64,000 nucleotides of DNA. It comes from Eubacteriales bacterium (GTDB taxonomy: Bacteria; Bacillota; Clostridia; Oscillospirales; CAG-272). Below, piece by piece: positions 57,923-64,000 of the stretch. The stretch spans positions 3,776 to 67,775 of the forward strand of contig JBGVPD010000001.1 in NCBI GenBank assembly GCA_045126815.1. Direction: 5' to 3'. Under the pieces are notes generated by a model. The model worked only from the letters and a program-made list of their open reading frames with translations, was not told the DNA's origin and did not search any database. Numbering within the stretch: the stretch's first letter is position 1; every line of letters begins with the position of its first letter. The position numbers were made by a program, and so were the translations under genes.

Positions 57923-57951
57923 ATTATACAATAATAAGATCATTTTTTCAA
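57923..57951 (-). promoter_or_regulatory. Sigma-A promoter of the MATE gene
   Basis: On the minus strand: TTGAAA, 17 nt, TATAAT, 6 nt, ATG. Confidence 0.55.
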
Positions 57952-57994
57952 TATTATTTAAATAAATATGTAAATATATATAAATTAAATATTG

Positions 57995-58023
57995 TTGTAT
58001 AAACTTTTATTTTGTGGTATAAT
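57995..58023 (+). promoter_or_regulatory. Sigma-A promoter of the TIGR02206/DUF1287 genes
   Basis: TTGTAT, 17 nt, TGG-TATAAT (extended -10). Confidence 0.5.
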
Positions 58024-58104
58024 CACGAAAGAACGATATATTTAGAATTATAAAACATGAAAAGAGGGGAATGTTTGTATACTTTTTGTATATAAATAAT
58101 TAAA

Positions 58105-58887
58105 ATGAGTATTAGTGAATTTTTGGGATTTGGTGGATATCAAAGAGCGGCAGAAGGATATATGTCTTGGCAGCACCTTTTGTTTGTTTCTTGTCTTGTA
58201 GGCATAATGATAATGTGCGCGGTCATTTTGGGTACTAGGTACAGAAAAAAAGATTTCCCCCAAAAGAACCGTATTTTGATCATATCAGCAATACTTATAG
58301 ATAGTTTAGAGATCTTTAAGATCGTATTACTTTGTTTTAGACATAACGATCCTCTTCATTGGTTGACTGAACTTCCTTTGTTTTTGTGCAGTATTCAGCT
58401 TATAACAATTCCTCTTGCGGCATTTTCAAAAGGCAGGATGAAGTTGGCTGCATTAGATTTTGTAACCATTTTCGGACTTCTTGGCGCTATACTCGGTACA
58501 TATTTTGCAGGTAATAACTATGGTGTATATCCGGTTATATCGTTTGATAACGTTATTTCCGGAGTAACACATTGTATTTCCGGTTTTGTTTCTTTATATA
58601 TTATGATATCCGGAATGATAAGTATGGAAAAGAAAAATATTTCAATAACTTTAAGCATTCTTGTCGGGTTCTGCGTTTCGGCATATATTGCAAATATAGT
58701 TTTAGACTATAATTATATGTTTTTGATGCGCGGGGACGGTACTCCTTACGATATAGTATATAATTTGGTTAATGGAAACCCTGTATTATATCCGCTTTTG
58801 GTTGTAGGTTTATTTGTGCTTTATATAGCGGCTTTTTATTATATTTATTATGGAATAAAAAAAGTTCGTTGCAGAAAGATCGCTTGA
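58105..58887 (+). CDS. TIGR02206 (YwaF-like) family integral membrane protein
   Basis: About 7 TM helices, an LPLFLCS motif, and an N-terminal Y.SWQHLLF segment. Confidence 0.6.
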   Translation: MSISEFLGFGGYQRAAEGYMSWQHLLFVSCLVGIMIMCAVILGTRYRKKDFPQKNRILIISAILIDSLEIFKIVLLCFRHNDPLHWLTELPLFLCSIQLITIPLAAFSKGRMKLAALDFVTIFGLLGAILGTYFAGNNYGVYPVISFDNVISGVTHCISGFVSLYIMISGMISMEKKNISITLSILVGFCVSAYIANIVLDYNYMFLMRGDGTPYDIVYNLVNGNPVLYPLLVVGLFVLYIAAFYYIYYGIKKVRCRKIA

Positions 58888-58918
58888 ATTTTATTTAGGT
58901 TAATGAAAGGAGCTAACG

Positions 58919-59608
58919 ATGGGTAAGAAAAAAATTATTATTTCAGTAATAATTGTAATTTTTATAATCTCCGTTTTGCTTATCCTTAGTTACTTTAATA
59001 TATTACCAAAGAAAACATATTCAGCTGAATATTTTGGAATTAAGACGATTTATAGTGATGTTGATTACAACAATAACGGGATTGATGACTATACCGATAT
59101 CCTTCTAGGAGCAAGATTAGATGCTGAAAATCATCCCACCTATGACGGTGCGTATCAAAGTAGCGGATATCCCCCAGATGATATCGGTGTGTGTACCGAT
59201 GTTGTTTGGAGAGCGTTTAAAAATGCAGGATATTCGCTTAGAGCTATGGTGGATAAAGATATAGAAAACAGACCAGAAGCGTATAAAAACATTGAAAAAG
59301 CGGACAGTAACATTGATTTTCGCAGAGTGAAAAATCTAAAAGTATTCTTTGAAGAATATGGTCTTTCTCTTACTTTGGACACAAAATTAATTAAAGAATG
59401 GCACCCCGGGGATATTGTAATTTTTGGTGATGATAAACATATAGGGATTATTTCGGATAAAAGAAATAAACGAGGTCAGCCCTATGTTATTCATAACGGC
59501 GGACAACCTAATCGCGAAGAGGATTATTTAGATAGGTCTACTGTGACAGCCCACTATCGTTTTGATGCATCACGGATAGATGAAGCTTTTCTTGAAAAAT
59601 GGGAATAA
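58919..59608 (+). CDS. DUF1287 domain protein with an N-terminal membrane anchor
   Basis: Has GVCTDVVWRAF, IDFRRVKNL, PGDIVIF..HIGI and VIHNGG motifs. Confidence 0.75.
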   Translation: MGKKKIIISVIIVIFIISVLLILSYFNILPKKTYSAEYFGIKTIYSDVDYNNNGIDDYTDILLGARLDAENHPTYDGAYQSSGYPPDDIGVCTDVVWRAFKNAGYSLRAMVDKDIENRPEAYKNIEKADSNIDFRRVKNLKVFFEEYGLSLTLDTKLIKEWHPGDIVIFGDDKHIGIISDKRNKRGQPYVIHNGGQPNREEDYLDRSTVTAHYRFDASRIDEAFLEKWE

Positions 59609-59613
59609 TAAAA

Positions 59614-59640
59614 ATCTCCCCGAACAAAGTTCGGGGAGAT
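59614..59640. terminator. Bidirectional terminator shared by the DUF1287 gene and tRNA-Gln
   Basis: Perfect 12-bp stem atctccccgaac / gttcggggagat with a 3-nt loop, flanked by A and T runs. Confidence 0.8.
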
Positions 59641-59643
59641 TTT

Positions 59644-59719
59644 TGGCTGGGAGGGCTGGATTCGAACCAGCGCAATGCCAGAGTCAAAGTCTGGTGCCTT
59701 ACCGCTTGGCTACATCCCA
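59644..59719 (-). tRNA. tRNA-Gln (anticodon UUG), with encoded CCA
   Basis: Reverse complement: TGGGATG TA GCC AAGCGGTAA GGC A CCAGA CTTTGAC TCTGG CATTGC GCTGG TTCGAAT CCAGC CCTCCCA G CCA. The cloverleaf closes except for a U6-C67 mismatch. Confidence 0.85.
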
Positions 59720-59731
59720 ACATACTTCGGT

Positions 59732-59760
59732 ATTATACCACATTAAACAAATATTGTCAA
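59732..59760 (-). promoter_or_regulatory. Sigma-A promoter of tRNA-Gln
   Basis: On the minus strand: TTGACA, 17 nt, TATAAT (perfect consensus). The predicted +1 is 6 nt before the mature 5' end. Confidence 0.65.
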
Positions 59761-59790
59761 TAATATTCTTTTGATATTATTTTATTTTAA

Positions 59791-59829
59791 AAGAAAAAAC
59801 GGAGTATGATAGTTATTATATACTCCGTT
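59791..59829 (-). terminator. Terminator of the YbaK-like gene
   Basis: Hairpin aacggagtat / atactccgtt. A plus-strand A-run gives the minus-strand T-run. Confidence 0.7.
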
Positions 59830-59837
59830 GATTACAA

Positions 59838-60308
59838 TTATTCCATTGGTTTGCAAACATCGATCCATTCGCGGAAATTTGAATGTTCTTCAAGTTCGCT
59901 TATGGTTAATTCTATAGCGCTGTTTGAGCTTCCGCATGCAGGGAAGACTGTTTCGAATCTTTTTAACGATTCGTCAAGATAAACCATAACATCAGAATTT
60001 ATTGCGAACGGGCATACTCCGCCTACCTTGTGTCCAATCATCCGCTCGACTTCATCATATTGCAACATTTTTGCTTTTATGTGGAATTTAGCTTTATACT
60101 TAGCGTTATCAATTTTTACATCGCCTGCCGTTACGATTATAATAGCCTTATCTTCAATTTTAAAGGACATACTTTTTGCTATTCTGCATTCAGCGCATCC
60201 TAAAGCTTTTGCGGCAAGTTCTACTGTAGCGCTTGAAATATCAAACTCTCTTACTCTATCTTCAATACCTTTTTGTTTAAAGTATTCTCTAACTTTTTCA
60301 ATCGACAT
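59838..60308 (-). CDS. YbaK/EbsC-type aminoacyl-tRNA deacylase domain protein
   Basis: 156 aa with KSMSFK...IIIVTAGD.KID..K and VGGVCPF. Confidence 0.8.
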   Translation of the reverse strand: MSIEKVREYFKQKGIEDRVREFDISSATVELAAKALGCAECRIAKSMSFKIEDKAIIIVTAGDVKIDNAKYKAKFHIKAKMLQYDEVERMIGHKVGGVCPFAINSDVMVYLDESLKRFETVFPACGSSNSAIELTISELEEHSNFREWIDVCKPME

Positions 60309-60413
60309 AATCTTCTCCGATATGATAATTTATTTTCTTTATTATATACAAAATGAACAAATTTTTCAAGTGTATTTTTCAATATAGAGCATCTTAAGAT
60401 AGCAGCGGTTATA

Positions 60414-60442
60414 TTGACACAAATGTATAAAAATGATATAAT
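60414..60442 (+). promoter_or_regulatory. Sigma-A promoter of the carboxypeptidase gene
   Basis: TTGACA, 17 nt, TATAAT (perfect consensus). It ends 2 nt before the ATG used by the ORF track. Confidence 0.6.
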
Positions 60443-60474
60443 ATATGTATAAATTTTGTTTGAGGTTAATAGTC

Positions 60475-61527
60475 GTGAATGATAAAAAATATGTCAGAGA
60501 CGAGCATTTGAGACGTAATATTCTTAAGAAGAAAAAACAAAAGAAAATTAGAAATAGATTAATTACTTTACAGTCGATTATTTTCTTACTAATTGCTTCT
60601 CTGTTTTTTACATTGATGTTTGTGCCGGGGAATGATAGTTTAATAAAGATCGATTCATCACACCCCGATACTTTAGAAGCAGAGGCTTTAATGCCGGTAT
60701 CAAACGTCGTTGATCACTCTGCCTACATACAAGAAATTGATTCAAATGGGATCAGCAGTTCTAATGCTATATTATTGTTTTTGAGTTCAGGAGAAGTTTT
60801 GGCGCAAAAGGGACCTGACGAAAAGATATATCCTGCTTCCATGACCAAAATACTGACAACCGTTGTTGCTATTGAACATTTTGAAGATTTGGAAGTTAGT
60901 ATAGAAGTCCCCTCGGATATTTTCCCTTATTTAAGAGATCAAAACGCGTCGTGCGCGGGATTTCAAGCAGGAGAGAAAGTTAAGATAATCGACCTTTTGT
61001 ACGGTGTTATGCTTCCTTCGGGGGCAGATGCCTGTCTTACGATCGCAAGAGCTGTTTCGGGCAACGAACAGAACTTTGCTAAAAAGATGACCGAAAAAGC
61101 TCATGAGATCGGCGCTAAGTCCACAAATTTTACAAACAGTACCGGACTTCATGATGATAACCATTATTCTACCGTTCGTGATATGGCTAAAATCTTGATG
61201 TATGCTTTGAAAAACGATACGTTTAGAACAGTATTTACAACGGAGGAATATACTACACATTCAACAGCAAAACACCCCTACGGAATTACTTTGAACAGTA
61301 CGACTTTCAGTGCGTTTAGAAGAGCAGGGATTACAAATAAATACGTTAAGGGCGGTAAGACGGGCTTTACAGGAGAGGCAAAACTTTGTTTAGCATCACT
61401 TGCTGAAAAAAACGGTAAGGAATATATTCTGATTACTTGCGGAGCGGGTACCTCTACTTCTTATTCCGGAGTTAGACACGCTGTTGATGCACAGTATATT
61501 TACGATAACTACTTGAATTTTAACTGA
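60475..61527 (+). CDS. D-alanyl-D-alanine carboxypeptidase (S11, PBP5/DacB-like) with an N-terminal anchor
   Basis: Has SMTK (SxxK), a LPSGAD segment, and KTGFT (KTG). I use GTG 60475, 9 nt after GAGG, because ATG 60445 lies upstream of the predicted +1. Confidence 0.8.
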   Translation: MNDKKYVRDEHLRRNILKKKKQKKIRNRLITLQSIIFLLIASLFFTLMFVPGNDSLIKIDSSHPDTLEAEALMPVSNVVDHSAYIQEIDSNGISSSNAILLFLSSGEVLAQKGPDEKIYPASMTKILTTVVAIEHFEDLEVSIEVPSDIFPYLRDQNASCAGFQAGEKVKIIDLLYGVMLPSGADACLTIARAVSGNEQNFAKKMTEKAHEIGAKSTNFTNSTGLHDDNHYSTVRDMAKILMYALKNDTFRTVFTTEEYTTHSTAKHPYGITLNSTTFSAFRRAGITNKYVKGGKTGFTGEAKLCLASLAEKNGKEYILITCGAGTSTSYSGVRHAVDAQYIYDNYLNFN

Positions 61528-61549
61528 TATTTTATCCATATTGTAAATT

Positions 61550-61587
61550 AATGCCGAAACACACGAATTATGTGTAATTTCGGCATT
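61550..61587 (+). terminator. Terminator of the carboxypeptidase gene
   Basis: Hairpin aatgccgaaa(cacac) / (gtgt)tttcggcatt followed by a T-rich tract. Confidence 0.7.
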
Positions 61588-61605
61588 TTATTATCTTTTT
61601 TTACT

Positions 61606-61634
61606 TTGACCTATTGTTTTTTTCTGCATAATAT
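61606..61634 (+). promoter_or_regulatory. Sigma-A promoter of the cysteine synthase gene
   Basis: TTGACC, 17 nt, TAATAT. Confidence 0.5.
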
Positions 61635-61673
61635 TGTAATATATAAGAAGTATAATTTAGAAAGAGGACTATA

Positions 61674-62603
61674 ATGATTTATAATAACGTACTTGAAGCT
61701 ATGGGCCAAACTCCCGTAATCCGTTTGAATCACATGGGAGATAAAGACGGCGCTGATATTCTTGTGAAATATGAAGGCTTAAACGTTGGCGGATCAATAA
61801 AAACACGAACAGCGTATAATATGATACTCGAAGCCGAAAAAATGGGAATATTGAATGAGAACTCTATTATAGTTGAGCCAACGAGCGGAAACCAGGGAAT
61901 AGGTCTTGCTCTTGTTGGCGCAGTTAAGAAATACCGTACTATTATAATTATGCCCGACTCTGTAAGCGAAGAAAGAAAAAAACTCGTTGAACATTACGGT
62001 GCAGAAGTAATAACGATCCACGATGCCGGAAATATTGGCGCTTGTATTCAGGAATGTCTTGATACAGCTCTTGATATGGCTAAAAATAACAAAAACGTTT
62101 TCATTCCTCAACAGTTTGAAAACCCTGCAAACCCTATGGTCCACAAACACTATACAGCTCTTGAGATACTTGAACAGGTAGCAGGTCCTATTCACGGATT
62201 TTGTTCAGGAATAGGAACCGGCGGCACCATAACGGGTATAGGCGAAACATTAAAGGCGTTAAATCCTGATATTGAGATATGGGCGGTAGAACCCGAAAAT
62301 GCGGCAATATTGGCCGGTGGTACTATTGGTACGCATTTGCAAATGGGGATAGGCGACGGACTAATTCCCGACGTTTTAAACACACAAATATATAATGATA
62401 TTTGCGTTATTTCTGACCAAGAAGCTATTCAAACCGCAAAAGATCTCGCCAAGCTTGAAGGTTTAATGTGTGGAATTTCAAGCGGAACGAACGTAGCAGC
62501 TGCAATAAAACTTGCACGTAAACTCGGGAAGGGAAAGACTGTTGTAACCGTTCTTCCCGACACTGCAGAAAGATATTTTTCGACCCCCTTGTTTGATGAC
62601 TAA
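61674..62603 (+). CDS. cysK: Cysteine synthase family PLP enzyme (CysK-like)
   Basis: Has NVGGSIKTR (PLP Lys), EPTSGNQGIGLA and SGIGTGGTITG. Confidence 0.85.
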   Translation: MIYNNVLEAMGQTPVIRLNHMGDKDGADILVKYEGLNVGGSIKTRTAYNMILEAEKMGILNENSIIVEPTSGNQGIGLALVGAVKKYRTIIIMPDSVSEERKKLVEHYGAEVITIHDAGNIGACIQECLDTALDMAKNNKNVFIPQQFENPANPMVHKHYTALEILEQVAGPIHGFCSGIGTGGTITGIGETLKALNPDIEIWAVEPENAAILAGGTIGTHLQMGIGDGLIPDVLNTQIYNDICVISDQEAIQTAKDLAKLEGLMCGISSGTNVAAAIKLARKLGKGKTVVTVLPDTAERYFSTPLFDD

Positions 62604-62610
62604 AGTAAAA

Positions 62611-62646
62611 CACAAAAAACTCCTCAATACGAGGAGTTTTTTTGTG
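62611..62646. terminator. Bidirectional terminator between cysK and ispE
   Basis: Near-perfect palindrome cacaaaaaactcctc / gaggagtttttttgtg. Confidence 0.75.
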
Positions 62647-62647
62647 T

Positions 62648-63502
62648 TTAAACGGGGGTGCATAAGTGTGCATCTGCACCGTATTGTAATAATTCTTTCA
62701 GTGCATTTTCGGCAGATCGCTTGTTATCAAAAATACCAAACACAGAAGGACCGCTTCCGCTCATCATCGAATAAATGGGTGAATATTTTGACAATATATC
62801 CTTCTGTTCTTTAACTTTGGGTCTTATCGGTTCAACAACTTTTTCAAAAATATTGTACATTTCATTTGCAATATCACCAATTTTTCCAATTTCAAGTTTA
62901 TTTACGATGCCGACGCTTGTTTTTGTCTTAGAATTATCAGTTGATCTCATTTCATCAATTTGTTTGTATGCATAAGGAGTTGATACACCTTCGCCGCATT
63001 TTGAAATAACTATATAGCAATCGGGTAACGAAGAACAAGGTATAAGTATATCTCCGATTCCTTTTGTAATATATGTTCCGCCTTTGATGCAGAACGGAAT
63101 ATCAGCGCCAAGTTTTGCCCCTATAGAACACAACGTGTCATTTGAGAGGTTAGTGTTGTACAGTTTATTTAAAGCTTTAAATGTCGCTGCTGCATCTGTA
63201 CTTCCGCCTGCAAGACCTGCGGAAATAGGTATATTTTTTTCTATATGAATTTTTGCGCCCTTGTTTATGTTTGTATATTCAAAAAAAGCTTTTGCGGCTT
63301 TGTATGCAAGATTATCCGATGTGTTGGGTAAGTCAGCGTTGTTTGATAAAATTATTTCATCACATTCTGAAACTGTTATAATATCGCAAAGTGAAACCGA
63401 TTGCATAACACTGTCGATATTGTGGTAATTATCTTCTCTTTTTTCGCATACTTCGAGAAAAAGGTTAATTTTTGCGTATGCTTTTTCCGTTATTGTATTC
63501 AT
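62648..63502 (-). CDS. ispE: 4-diphosphocytidyl-2-C-methyl-D-erythritol kinase
   Basis: Has AYAKINLFLEV and PISAGLAGGSTDAAA (GHMP motif). ATG 63502 lies 8 nt after GGAAAGG; the track start at 63535 adds 11 aa. Confidence 0.9.
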   Translation of the reverse strand: MNTITEKAYAKINLFLEVCEKREDNYHNIDSVMQSVSLCDIITVSECDEIILSNNADLPNTSDNLAYKAAKAFFEYTNINKGAKIHIEKNIPISAGLAGGSTDAAATFKALNKLYNTNLSNDTLCSIGAKLGADIPFCIKGGTYITKGIGDILIPCSSLPDCYIVISKCGEGVSTPYAYKQIDEMRSTDNSKTKTSVGIVNKLEIGKIGDIANEMYNIFEKVVEPIRPKVKEQKDILSKYSPIYSMMSGSGPSVFGIFDNKRSAENALKELLQYGADAHLCTPV

Positions 63503-63524
63503 ATTACATACCTTTCCGGTATTA

Positions 63525-64000
63525 CTACCATTCAAGAGGAGAATGTTTTTTGGTAATTTTTTTAAAAATGATAAGGAATGTTATAAGCTGAGCCGTAAAA
63601 GTGACTATCCATGATATACCGTATGATGCAAACAATATCTGCGGTGTATGGTATGCACTCATTTGGAAAATAGTAGAAATCCAAACAAGTCTTATTCCAC
63701 ATATACCAATTACGGAAATGAGCATTGGTGCGACTGATGTGCCGAGACCTCTAAGTGCTCCCGTCGTAACATCCATAAGACCGCATAAGAAATACGGTAA
63801 ACATATAAATGCAAGTCTGATCATACCGTAATCAATAGCTTCTTGTGAGTCGGTAATGTAAATAGAGAGAAGTTTTTCTCCAGATAAGTATACACCAAGT
63901 CCTGATATGATACCTACAACACCTACGCTTATAAGACAGATCCAAAATATTTTTTTGAGTCGTTTGAAGTTTCTCGCCCCCATATTTTGACCTACAAAAT
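63525..64000 (-). CDS. MATE family efflux transporter, C-terminal part (5' end lies outside the window)
   Basis: The frame stays open to the window edge (...FVGQNMGARNF...). The GQN.GA motif and 4-5 C-terminal TM helices are present. Confidence 0.8.
   Translation of the reverse strand, partial: FVGQNMGARNFKRLKKIFWICLISVGVVGIISGLGVYLSGEKLLSIYITDSQEAIDYGMIRLAFICLPYFLCGLMDVTTGALRGLGTSVAPMLISVIGICGIRLVWISTIFQMSAYHTPQILFASYGISWIVTFTAQLITFLIIFKKITKKHSPLEW

Noticed and set aside
58057-58095. A 12-codon uORF (MKRGECLYTFCI*) and an SD-like AGAGGGGA in the 5' UTR of the TIGR02206 gene
   Set aside because: The uORF ATG has no RBS, and the SD-like element sits 1 nt from another ATG, which is too close. 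Nothing suggests conservation. It is noted only because the main ATG (58105) itself lacks an SD.
57917-58104. A guanidine-IV (mepA-motif) or other riboswitch upstream of the MATE gene
   Set aside because: The region is AT-rich with no GC-containing conserved helices. Instead, a consensus promoter abuts the ATG (see the leaderless-mRNA finding).
58105-59719. A genomic island integrated at the 3' end of tRNA-Gln (the TIGR02206 and DUF1287 genes)
   Set aside because: There is no integrase. I saw no repeat of the tRNA 3' segment (TGGCTGGGAGGGCTGGATTCGAACC) elsewhere in the window. The genes are not compositionally distinct by eye.

Overview
This 64-kb window is a densely packed, low-GC chromosome segment of Firmicutes/Clostridia type (GC judged by eye, not computed). 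I call about 62 CDS, one tRNA-Gln and one lysine riboswitch, plus many near-consensus sigma-A promoters (TTGACA-like, 17 nt, TATAAT-like) and hairpin/T-run terminators.

Almost everything is housekeeping:
- thyA-folA, and a ParE-like topoisomerase subunit
- an ABC-F factor, trmB, ligA-obg
- a complete 11-cistron histidine operon headed by a YerC/TrpR-like gene
- tpiA-pgk, ahcY, and dapA-dapB behind an L-box
- queA-miaA
- an ~11.8-kb co-directional array: MFP-like gene, yggS, sepF, yggT, divIVA, ileS, lspA, rluD, cof, metG, tatD
- two MATE pumps, a YbaK-type deacylase, an S11 carboxypeptidase, cysK and ispE

I found no CRISPR array, IS element, integrase, phage gene or recognisable defence gene. 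I cannot support a claim of a wholly new multi-gene system in this window.

The best leads are:
- The YerC-like putative histidine regulator as first cistron of the his operon, with nested palindromes on its promoter.
- A 1068-aa secreted protein combining dockerin-like, cadherin-like, Big_2, SASA-esterase and two LamG-like modules.
- An orphan HlyD/MFP-like protein that heads the sepF-divIVA cluster and probably starts at ATT.
- A MATE gene with textbook leaderless-mRNA geometry.
- A ~37-aa insertion in Pgk.
- Several uncharacterised membrane-protein or DUF operons.

Family assignments are motif-level recognition from the translated ORFs. No database search was run.
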